Shown in pieces: positions 1 to 10,833 of a stretch of DNA of 64,000 bases. Numbering within the stretch: the stretch's first letter is position 1; every line of letters starts with the position of its first letter. This DNA comes from Zygnema circumcarinatum SAG 698-1b (lineage: Eukaryota; Plantae; Zygnematophyceae). The translations under genes and the position numbers were made by a program. The DNA lies in the NCBI GenBank assembly GCA_037447605.1, contig CM074818.1, positions 1,748,617 through 1,812,616 of the forward strand, read 5' to 3'. The notes under the pieces are model-generated. The model did no database searches, had not been told where the DNA came from, and saw only the letters and a program-made list of their open reading frames with translations.

Positions 1-843
1 GGACCGTTCATAGAGGAGCTTAGATTCGATCGCTGTGCCAATTTCTCGGGAATCGACATTTGCACTTTGTGGAAGCTATCACCTCCCGCCCTGGTGGGCC
101 TTGCATAGGCCACCTAGCGATTGAGGGGTGCAGCCACCTCTCTCATCATGATGTTTTCCGACTGAACCTGCGAGTAGCCTCCCTGGACGTAGGTATCTGT
201 GTGTGCCTGCGTGTGGAGGTGCTGGAGAAGTGTGAGAGCCGGCACTGCCAGGGACTATGCAGGCACTGCTCAGAGCTTTACAGGGGCTGTGGACTGCATT
301 GTGGGAGTTGCAATCAGCCGCAGAATTCGCAGCAAGTATGATCTCTCGCTCCTTCTCCTATGGTTATCTTTTTTTGGTTTTAAGTTAGGTGTTCGCTTTT
401 CCTCTGACATTTAGGTCAGCCTTCAGCTTAATGTAAAAACTGAATGCATCGTTTGGTTTCCTCTTGGTTATATTTCTCTGATTGTTTCAGCTGCTCGTTC
501 CTCCCCTTTGTCCTCGCCTCTCCTCCACAATCACCATTCTCTTTCTCTCCATCCCTTGCCCCTTCCTGGCATGATGGTTATGCATAACGATGAGAGCGGG
601 GGAGAAATTAGTGCAGAGAGAAGAGGCAGGAAATTTATTCAAAGTGACAGATAAGTGAAGAAAAAATAGGAGAGAAGAAAAAGGAGGAGAGAAGGAAAGA
701 GAGAATAGAAGAAAGGAGAGGACATAATAAGTAGTTTTTTAGCTGAAATGAGTCTTTTGTTGTGCCCGCAGGCTCTATGGAATACGGAACTTATCGCAGC
801 CCTGCGTACTCGCTGGAAGGGTGTCCGCCATGGAATTGTTTGA
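1..843 (+). CDS. 3' part of an LRR-like, Cys-rich protein (F-box/SKIP14-like guess); exons <1-335 and 772-843, with an apparent 1-nt frameshift near 58-61
   Basis: LRR-like segments IEELRFDRCANFS (frame 1) and IGHLAIEGCSHLS (frame 3), then a Cys cluster CQGLCRHCSELYRGCGLHCGSC. Phase-0 donor caa|gtatga and acceptor ccgcag|GCT give a terminal exon ALWNTELIAALRTRWKGVRHGIV*. Confidence 0.45.
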
Positions 844-2231
844 AGGGTAGGGACTTGATAGAGACTTCATGAAGCAAAAATAGGAGAGAAGAAAAAAAAG
901 GAGAAAAGGAAAGAGAGGCTCCGTGAGAGCATGCCTCTAGTAGTACAGCATGTTCGGTGACATTCTATGGTGGGTAGAACTCGCCTAGCGACTGTTTCCC
1001 AATATTTCGCACACCTTCCACGTGCCCGCCCGCTCTCTGTCCGCTACAGAACTACTTTCAAAACGGCGTTCACACTTTTTTTCTCATCACAAATTGCTAA
1101 GAATCGTATTGGTTTTGACGGCATTCAAATTTTCACAGCCCTTTTTTCAAGCGATTAACTTCGGAATTTGAAGGAACGGGGAAGGCCTGCCCTCTCCCGC
1201 ATACCGTACGCTTTGCCGTCACTCCTCTGGATCCTGATCGTCTCTAAATGGTCAGCGTTCAGTATAAGCAAGTATAAGGGGATAAGCATAAGGGGATGTC
1301 ACCACCTCAAACTTGGGAAGACCTAAATGGATTACTATTCTATGTGAAGTGATTGATTACTCTTGGTTTCGCTGTAACAACGAATTGCGTTGGAAACTGA
1401 CATAATTTGAGGGCTGACTTCGGTAAAATAATTGGGCAGGAAATGGAACTAGTCACTGGCCTTCATTCCATGACTCAAGCGCAAATTTTACAAAACGCTT
1501 CAAGCTCCACAAGGGATAAACGTGATATCATTCATTCACTGTACATATGAAATCGCCTCTTTTAAAAACCAAATTCCGCTCGCACTTTTCGATTTTCTGA
1601 AAAATTTAGTGACACTACGACACAGGCAAAATGTGCACATCACTGGTCAACCGTAGAAACGACATGAAGTAAAAAAAAAAGGTGGGAGGGTCACAGCCCT
1701 TCAAAAGCATCCCCCTCGGAGCTGCTGCTAAAACTTCCGCTGCGTTTGAAGCCTGGACTACCTCCTTATGTCTTGCCTGAAGCTCCTTATCATACACTCT
1801 CTTACAAGTGATATCGATGTTTACAGACGCTCGAAGCATCACTTGCCGCAGAAACATAAGAGCCTGTACACTAGACCTTCCCCTCCTTGCTGTCCCCCAG
1901 GACAGCAGTACTCTCTCCAGGTCCCACACATACATTCTGATCTTTTTGTCCCTCTCTCTCCCCCCCCCTCTCTCCCTCTCTCTCTCTATCGTTCTCTCTC
2001 TCTCCCCCCCCCCTCCACCAACTCACAAACTCTGTATTCGATCAAGATACATCAATCTGATTAGCGTTCTTGACAACGAGTGCCTGGGATGCATACAAAC
2101 CTAAGGACTATGCAGGCTGCACAGGTAGCTAAGGTACAACGCTCCAAGAGCAAAGTGAAAAGCGTATTCGTGAGGCCTTGCTTATCACCAAGGATCTATA
2201 CTCCTTCACCGCGTATCAGTCACAGGGAAGG

Positions 2232-2948
2232 CTACACACCTCCGCGTTTGACAGCATCAGCCGCCAGCACTTCCACAGCATCGTAGAACTCTTCCCCAGC
2301 CTTCACTCTCCTTGTAGCCCTCCTTGAAATCGACATGACAGATTTGACCCCTTCCACTTCCGCGTCGTCAAAAAACTCCTCCCCGAGTCGCACCTCCCTC
2401 GGCTTACGCCTACTTTTTGCCACTCCTTCCATCTCTCCAAGATCAAAGTACTCCTCCCCAAGCCGCACCTCCCGGCTTTTAGGCTTCAGATACCCTCCAT
2501 TCTCTATCCGGAACAGATCCCTGTCCTTCTCAGTTTCCGCAAGCAAAGCTTGGAGAGCAAGTCCTGGAGCCCAGTCCTCCGCAGAATATGAATGCAGGTC
2601 CCTATCGTTTTCAGGTGGACATTGCATCAATTGGCAGTTGTTTTCCATTTCAGAACTCAGTCTCAAATACTTGCTATCACTGTCTTCAATATCTGCACCT
2701 TTATATGACTCCACCTCAGCACAGTCTTCATTTACAGATTCACTCTGTAATACCTCCACTGTAGCACCCAGACAAGGTTGCGTGCTGAGCTCTGCTGGCT
2801 GTTCATTGGTTATGTCAAAGCCACTTGCAATATCACAGGCAGAGTATGTCGCTGCGGTTCGAACCAGCATCTGCATATTCCGTCCCAGTTCAAAAGGAAG
2901 GACGTCAGAAAAAGCATGAGCCAACCAGACGTGCTCGTCCTTGGTCAT
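2232..2948 (-). CDS. Hypothetical protein exon/ORF (238 aa), acidic, with three REVRLGEE(F/Y)(F/Y)D-type repeats
   Basis: Long non-low-complexity ORF with an internal triple repeat: REVRLGEEYFDLGE, REVRLGEEFFDDAE, RRVKAGEEFYDAVE. No family recognised. Confidence 0.5.
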   Translation of the reverse strand: MTKDEHVWLAHAFSDVLPFELGRNMQMLVRTAATYSACDIASGFDITNEQPAELSTQPCLGATVEVLQSESVNEDCAEVESYKGADIEDSDSKYLRLSSEMENNCQLMQCPPENDRDLHSYSAEDWAPGLALQALLAETEKDRDLFRIENGGYLKPKSREVRLGEEYFDLGEMEGVAKSRRKPREVRLGEEFFDDAEVEGVKSVMSISRRATRRVKAGEEFYDAVEVLAADAVKRGGV

Positions 2949-3213
2949 ACTTCTCTAGGAGACTTAACTTGCAAACCAGTTTAGAAACAAAAAGAAGCTA
3001 CAAGGGTTCAGCACACAGAAGTATGGTTAGACTTTCACCACTGCACAAGTCATATTTACTTCTTATGACAACGTTCAAGAAGTCATCAGTCCTCTTCCGA
3101 GATTCTATCCAAACCTTACCACCCGATACATGCCCTCCTGATGCAAATCCGCGCACACAGCAAGTTAAAGCCGTCCGTTCATATTCACTTTAGCCAAAAG
3201 CCGTTCATTTGCT

Positions 3214-3945
3214 TCAACTTGCCTCCAGAACTTCAAACAAAAAAGCAAAAAATGGACCACACACAGAAAGTGTTTCTAAGCCTTCAATTGACGCCTGATC
3301 CCGAAACGATAACCAGATCATGATGCAGGAAAAGAAAACGTAATCACTGGACAATAGGGTAGAACACATCCATGGCTGACCATAACATTTGGTCAACATG
3401 TGACCAGATGAGAAACACTGCAAACTTAACATCAAATTCACTGACCAGGCTCTCTGGCACTTTACCGGACTATTCATAGTGAAAACGTTGGACGCTCTTC
3501 CAGAACCAGAAAACACATAGCCGGTGCTCTGAAAGGAGACCACTCCGCCTCCTCTGCGTGAAGGGAAGCCTTGCAGCATCCTGTCTGACTCCGGTAGCTC
3601 TGCCTGGAGAGCTTCATCTCCACTGCCATGTCTGGCTCTCTCCTGCACCGAGTGTTGAACAGCTGTTGCAGCGAGCCTATAGAAAGGTAAACCATTTAAT
3701 GTCCGATCCGAGCTCAGCGGAAGAAGAGAGCTTCTTTCTGAAAGCGTGGAGGCAGGGGATGGAGGCGGTAGAAGCCTTGAAGCAGGAGGAGATGAGAGAT
3801 GAGTGCAGGCGGCAGGAGCTGATGATGTTTGTTGCTGCACTTTCGAATCTGCTGCAATTAAAGCAGGGAATGTTGCGATTCGCGAGCACTTGTTAACTTT
3901 CTTTAGCGCGTGGCTCAGATGTTTCACCACAGCTGCGCCCTCCAT
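3214..3945 (-). CDS. Hypothetical ORF with a Ser/Ala/Pro-rich transit-peptide-like N-terminus; possibly the 5' part of the same gene as 2232-2948
   Basis: First ATG at 3945 (MEGAAVVKHLSHALKK...) opens about 244 codons in unique sequence. The link to the downstream ORF is unresolved because stops and frameshifts lie between them. Confidence 0.35.
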   Translation of the reverse strand: MEGAAVVKHLSHALKKVNKCSRIATFPALIAADSKVQQQTSSAPAACTHLSSPPASRLLPPPSPASTLSERSSLLPLSSDRTLNGLPFYRLAATAVQHSVQERARHGSGDEALQAELPESDRMLQGFPSRRGGGVVSFQSTGYVFSGSGRASNVFTMNSPVKCQRAWSVNLMLSLQCFSSGHMLTKCYGQPWMCSTLLSSDYVFFSCIMIWLSFRDQASIEGLETLSVCGPFFAFLFEVLEAS

Positions 3946-6804
3946 GATCGCAAAATAGATTTCTCCGCGTGCTTCAAGCAATATCTGCAAGGGAAAGGTG
4001 TCCGAATTTGACAGCCTTCCGCGCGTCTCTGCCCCTGGCAGATGCGAAACGGCGGCAGTCAGCAAGCAGCGACTTCCGTCAATCCCATCTCTCTCGCGCT
4101 TTCTGTACTGTGCGCCTCTCTTACGTCTCTATTCCTATCTCCCTCTCCCTCTCCTTCTCCCTCCTCCCTCTCCTTCTCTCCCTCTCCCTCGCCCTCCTCT
4201 TTTTCTCCCTCCCTCCTCCCTCTCCCTCTCTCCCTCTCTCTCCCTCTCCCTGGCCTTCCTCCCTCTCCCTCTCTCTCCCTCTCTCTCCCTCTCTCGCTCT
4301 CCCTCCCCACTCCCCAAGAAGTCGGCTGACCGGACCAAAAGATCAGACCGGATCGAAAAGTGCCTCACTTTTTTTTTCCAATGCCGACGCCAGCCACAGA
4401 AGCCGTCGATTATTTCGTTCGCACATGCGATCGCCGGCTCTGAATCCTCCACGACAAAAGTGCGGGTGTCCTGAACACGGTCGCCAAAAGGACAGTTCGT
4501 ACGGCGTAGGGACCGTACATGTGTACGGTTGCGAGCTTCGGTTTGTAGCTGGCCTTGTTCGAGCTCATCGAGAACATGTTAATGTGAGGAGAGTAGGGAA
4601 TGAATGCGACGATGCACGCACAGACGGAGAGAGAGCGGGGAGAGAGAGAGAGCGGGGGGGAAGAGAACGGGGGGAGAGAGAGAGAGCGGGGAGAAAGAGC
4701 GAGAGCGGGGGGAGAGAGAGAGCGAAGGAGAGAGAGAGCAGGGAGAGAGAGAGCCGGGGAAGAGAGCGTGGGAAGAGAGAGCGGGGAGAGAGAGAGAGCG
4801 GGGGAAGAGAGAGCGGGGAAGAGAGAGAGCGGGGAGACAGAGAGAGCGGAGAGAGAGAGAGAGAGAGCGGGGGCAGAGAGAGAGCGGGGAGAGAGAGAAC
4901 GGGGGAAGAGAGAGCGGGGAGAGAGAGAGAGAGCGGGGGGAGAGAGAAAGCGTGGGGAGAGAGTGGGAATGGTGCAGACAATGGGGAAAGTTTCCCAATG
5001 TTGCAAGAGTCTTGTCTTGTCTTGGTCTTTAGCTTCAACATTTCCCAACATTGTTAGTGCCGAGTGAGTGACTTTTCAGTAATTGGATGGCAAGTTTCGG
5101 ACGAGTCTGACAGACTTCTCACTGGAAGGCGAAGTCGCCAAAATCTGACCGTTGATTCTCCGCATCGTGAGGGTCATGACGGCAGCCATGCAGCCATGTA
5201 TACATACATGTATGCATGGCATGGCCATTGGAGAGAGAGGCGAGCCATGGCCATGAGATGATTGCAGCACGGACGGCCCCATGCCAACATGGCAATGTTT
5301 ATAGGGAGAGCATAATAATCATTTTTAACATTTCAATATATTGTACCACATGGGCAGACAACAAGCTGTGATCTGTGACTGTAACTAATCAAGACTTGTA
5401 CGTGGGTATGTGCAGGACAGGGAGAGTGGGGGTGGAAATGGGGGGGCAGAGAGGGCAGAGAGAGAGCGCGGGGAGAGAGAGACGGGGCGAAAGAGAGACG
5501 GGGGAGAGAGACAGTGGGGAGTGAGAGAGGGAAAGAGAGAGGGGGAGAGCGAAAGAGAGTGGAGGAGAGGGCGTTGCGGAGAGAGTGAGAGAGAGTGGAG
5601 GCAAGAAAGATAATGGGGAAGAGAGAGAGAGACGGGGGGACGAGAGAGAGTGGGGAGAGAGGGAGACGGAGGGGGGGAGAGAGAGAGACGGAGGGGGGGA
5701 GAGAGAGAGACGGAGGGGGGGAGAGAGAGAGACGGAGGGGGGGAGAGAGTGGGGGGGAGAGAGCTCGTCAAAATTACGGCCTCCAAATACGCCGTCCTAA
5801 TAACCTCCGGCTAGTAAAGCAGCAAAAGAATGCAAAGTAACTAGTCCTCAGTTGCAGACTAAACCAATATCTGAAACGGTGCAAGTACCCAAACCCAGAG
5901 AATGGAAAATTTTAGGGTTGAAGCATTTGCAGGGCGGCCATGCAGGGGGGGGGTTGGAGCACGTTGGAGCTCCCTCCGCCATACAAGTTATGGAGTTAAA
6001 GAAAAAAGGGGGCCTGCATCCCCTCCCGCTCCCTTCACACATGCTCTCAAAGGAACTAAGATGAAATAAAATAAGCTATAACAAACAATATTATGAGTAT
6101 TTACATCTCGTCCTCCCACCTTCCGCCTCTCCTCCTCCTCCCTCCCCACTCCCTCCCTCCTCCCTCCTCCGACTCCCTCCCTCCCTCCCTCCTTCACTCC
6201 CTCCCGCCCTCCCTCCCTCCCTCCCTCCTTCACTCCCTCCCGCCCTCCCTCCCTCTCTCCCTCTCTCCCCCTCGATTTCTCTCTCTCTTTTTCTCCCCAC
6301 CTTCCCTCTCTCTCTCCCTCTCTCCCTCTCTCTCACCGTGACAAGTCCCTCAGATGGCAAAGCCATGAATTCCTCCTGCGCACACGGATGCCGCCTCTAC
6401 CGCCCGACGCCGCCTCCGTTCCATGCGGACTGTTTTACGGAAATCCGTTGGAAGGGCAGCGAACGGACGGCGGAGATGCAATCCGCGCACTCCGATTACT
6501 AAATAGCTCTTCATTGGGACTGCACGCCTTTTCTCCCTCTCCCTCTCCCTCTCCCTCTCACCATCTTGCCCCTCTCCTCCCCCCTCCCGCTCCCGCTCCT
6601 TCTCCCTCCCTCAGCCCCTCCTCCCGCTTTCTCCCTCTCCCTCGTGCACACCTCTCATAAACCTTGCAGCAACATAGTTTACAAACGATAAATAAAGAGC
6701 ACATTTTCGAGGACAGCAATCCTGCTAATGAGATGGGGTGCAAATGGGGTACAAGGCCGCCCTCCGCCTGCTCACCTTTTTGCGGCCCTTTGCATTAAGG
6801 CGTC

Positions 6805-7079
6805 TCAAAAATTAAGAAGAATTGTCTCCTTGGCGAACCCATCCTCCACCAACATGCCGGTCACCTCCTGCACATGCGGACAGGGGGAGGGAGAGGGGGA
6901 GGGAGAGGGGGAGGGACAAGAAGGTAGAGAGAGAGAGAGCGAGAGAGCGAGAGAGAGAGAGAGAAGCGAATGGGGAGTCAGGAAAACAAAAGAAAGCATC
7001 AGAAAGAAAGACGAGGGGGAAAAGAGAAAGGGATCGAGGGATCGAGCCCCCAGGCAGCTCTGAGAGAGAGAAAGAGGGA

Positions 7080-7112
<33 letters not shown>

Positions 7113-9373
7113 CACCTCTGCCATCTCCTTCTGACCGCATAGTAAGGCTCCCGCCTTCGCGGGCTCTTGCACATTCTTCGCTCTCCTATAGGCTGCCTGC
7201 ATCCCCCAACCCCAAATTTTAGGGTTTGCAAAAGAGAGCTTTGGCGCTTGTGCAGCGTGTGAATTTCTGAACCCTAAACCCTATAAGCCCTAAAAAACTC
7301 GGTTTTGACCTTCCTCAAGATCTGAAGCAGTGTGGAGACTACAAATCTAAGGTTTCCATTTCGAGTTTCAAGTTTAATGTCCACAATTGTGCCCATTTTT
7401 TCTCCTCCTTTTTCATTTGTTGGGGTACAAATAGGGTTACCTGCACGAAGCCTGTCTCCCCCGTCCAGTCCGGCCCGGGATTTGAAAGCACTGGAATGAC
7501 TTTCACTCCCGAAGCCTCCCACGCTTCAAACAGATCCTGCACCCAAATTAGGGTTCAGGGTTCAGGGTTTTAGGGTTTCTCGAGGTTGTAGGAGATTTAG
7601 AGAATTTAGGGGATTTAGGAGTTTAGGGATTCGGGGTTTTAAGGGTATTCGATTCTTTAGGGTTGGTCGGATTTGAGGATCAGGATTTAGGGCGAGAATT
7701 GTAAGGCTTTTAGGTTTTCTAGGAAACTAAGAATTTTCGGTGTGCAGGGTTTCACGGTTTTCGGGGGATTTAGGGCTACGTCAGCTGTTGGTTGCACTGT
7801 TCAAAGGTGTAATGTTATATAGAATAGACATCAAAAACAAGAACCCGCAATACAGCAGAAGTGACAAAAATTTGGAAATACACTCCTCCTCCCGCCTCCC
7901 CATCCCCCCTTCCTACCTCTCTCACTCCCTCTTGCTCTCCCACTCCCAACCCCTCCCCCTCTCCCCCTCGTTCCCCCTCACCTCCCTCTCTCCCCCTCCC
8001 TTCTCTCCGTCTCCCTCTCTCTCTCCCTCCCTCTCTCCCTCTCTCTCTCCCTCTCTCTCTCCCTCTCTCTCCCTCTCTCTCTCCCTCTCTCTCTCTCTCT
8101 CAGAGGTGCCTGACCTTGTACGCCATCTTGCTCAAGCTCTCCGCCCCATAGTAAAGCCTCACATCCGTCCGCTGCCCGGCCTCAAACCCATGCTCGATCA
8201 CAGAACGGATGGGGCTGCCAAACCCCATAAATCATTAACTAGTCAGTCATTCATTGATGATTATGAATGATTCTCCCGCCCCTTCTCTCCCTCTCCCTCC
8301 CTGCCCCTCCCTCCATACCCCTCCCGCTCAACCTCCCTTCCCATCCGCCTCCCTTCCTCCCCTTCCGCATCCACCCCCCTCCACCACAACCTCCCTTCCT
8401 CTCCGCCTCCTTTCCTCTCCCTCCCTCCACCCCCCTTCCTCTCCAACAACCTCCCTCCCCCTCCTCCTCCCTTCCTCCACCTTCCCCCCCTCCTTCCATC
8501 CCCCTCCCTCCACCACAACCTCCCTTCCTCTCCTCTCCTCCCTTCCTCCCCCTCCCTCCATCCCCCTCCCTCCCCAACAACCTCCTCCTCTTCCTCCCTT
8601 CCTCCCCCTTCCTCCNNNNNNNNNNCCCACCCCTCCCTCCCTCCCCCTCCCTCCCCTCACACCTGATCCCGGACCCTGTGGCGAATATGAGCACTGTGGG
8701 GTAGTTCTCTGCGGGCACGAGGCGGTCGAGAGGGAAACCGCGGCCCATCGGTTGGCTCACCTCCACCTCCTCCCCCGCCTTAAGGGCACAAACCTCCCCC
8801 GCGGTTGTGCCCTCAACGTCCTTTATAAGAAACTCCAGAAATCCCTCCTCCTCCGCCACCTGCAGGCAGGCAAAGGTGGAGTGGCAAAGGTGGGCAAAGG
8901 TTTGAAAAAACTGTTTTCAAGGATGATTTACTTCAGAAATCAAAGAGAGAATGAGTGGAGTGAGAGGGAGAGGGTTCTGTAAAAGGAAAGTTCGTACCTT
9001 TGGAGTGGAGGCAATCGCTAGGAAAGTGGGTTTTCCGGTTCCAACTTTCACTTGTACGAATTGGCCCGGTTTTGTGAAGCCCTTCTGCGAGAGGGGGAAG
9101 GGCCAAAAAAGCGAAATTTTCAGGAATGTGAACACTTTGAAGGTGCGTTAATTTGTATTAAATTTCAAGATGCGACGGTTCTAGGGCATCCTGCAGAGGA
9201 CACATTCTTGAAGAGAATCTGCCGAACATTATTTGGCCTGCAGGAGTGGTGAGACAGAGAGAGAGGGGGGGGGGGGAAGGGAGGGGAGAGAGGGAGCGGG
9301 TGAACAAGGGAGCAGAAAAGGGAGGTGGAGAGGTAGGAAGAGACAGCGGGAGAGGGCTGTAAAGGAAGGGGAA

Positions 9374-9408
<35 letters not shown>

Positions 9409-10039
9409 GAAAGGGAGAGAAAGCAAGAGGAGGGAAGGTAGGAGAGGAGAGGGAGTGGAAAAAGAGGGACGAAAAGTGGCGGAGAGTGGGAGGAAGAGAT
9501 TGAGAGAGAGGGCTAGAAATGCAGAAAAAGGAATTGGGAGCGTGAGAGAGAGCGAGAGAGAGCTATATCCCTAAAGGAAAAGACCTTACACCCTCCAAAC
9601 CCTTAAAAACTTTAAACCTTGAGCTCTTCGTTATCGCTGATATCCAACTTGACAGTGCATAGCTCCTCCGTGACTCGCTTTGACTCTGAAATTGGCACTT
9701 TGGTCCAAAGGATCTCCTGCACATGAAGCGACCGAAGGAAGGAAGGAGAAAAAAGCAGAGCAAAAAACGAAGTGATTTGTTAGTTCCAGTTGGCAGTGGA
9801 CGCCCCTTGTTATTTTTGGAAGCATTGATGGAAATAAAATGTGGGGTTTATAGAACTGAAGCATTAGTGGATTAGGATTCTCAAATTTTAGCAAAGCAAA
9901 TCTCGCCTTCCCAACTTCCTTTCATTTTCGGGTAATCTAAGAAATAAAAATGAGGGTTTGGCTTCACGGACGGCGCGAGGGGAAGCTTCGGAACGAACAT
10001 TCGCATGGGAAGTGCGCACGAGAGGCAGCGAACAGCAGC

Positions 10040-10082
<43 letters not shown>

Positions 10083-10833
10083 TGACAGAGGGGGAGAGAG
10101 GGACAGAGAGAGGGAGAGAAAGAGGGGGAGAGAGGGGGAGAGACAGAGGGAGAGAGGGAGAGAGAGAGAGGGAGAGCGAGGGAGAGCGAGGGAGAGAGAG
10201 GGAAAGAGAGGGCGAGAGGAAGGGGAGGGGGGAAGAGCAAGAGAGAGGGAAAGAGGGAGGGAGAAGAAAGAGGGGGGCAGAGGGAAAGAGAGGAGAGAGA
10301 GTGATGGAGGGAAAAAGGAAAAAGGTACGGGAGGTATAGAATTGAGAGGAAATTCAAGCATCAAGGTCCACAAAGAAATTGAAACACAAATTGGAAAAGG
10401 AATGAGATTGTTATGCTCGCCTTTCAAATGTCCCTCCCCCCTCTCTCCCTACCCCTCTCCACTCTCCGTTCCCCCGCCTCGCCCTCCCTCTCCCTCACTA
10501 CCTCCCTCCCCCCCATCCCTCCCTCCTCCCTCCCTCCCTCTCCCCCTCCTCTTCCCCCACCTGCTTCCACGCGGCCTGCGGGTTGAGCCAGTGCGGGCAC
10601 TCATGGTGCGCCGCGTGGCGCGTCCGCACGTGCGAGCTGCTCTCCACCCTCTGCTCGCCGACCCCGTGCAGCCGCCGCAGCCCCACGAAGCTTCCGAGAA
10701 GTTTCCGCTGATTCCTGGGCGACGCTCTCACTGAGAGTGACAAGGAACGCGTCGCACCGCGCAGCTGCGGGCGGGGGGAGGAGGCCATGGCCAGCCCCGA
10801 AAGGCGCGCCAGAGAGCACGGGAGGGCGGCCAT
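6805..10833 (-). CDS. Plastid FAD/NAD(P)-binding oxidoreductase, FNR-like (fruit protein pKIWI502 family); exons 10833-10561, 9716-9618, 9084-8998, 8859-8663, 8214-8115, 7536-7441, 7196-7116, 6867-6805
   Basis: Transit peptide MAALPCSLARLSGLAMASS. Motifs GFTKPGQFVQVKV, FLAIASTP, PMGRGF, VLIFATGSGISPIRS, LYYG, WTGETGFVQ, LLCGQKEMAE, ILLNF*. All introns are GT-AG and phase-consistent. Confidence 0.92.
7545..7780. repeat. Degenerate telomere-like (TTTAGGG/TTCAGGG) tract in an oxidoreductase intron
   Basis: Repeated ttagggtt, ttcagggtt and tttaggg variants. Confidence 0.7.
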
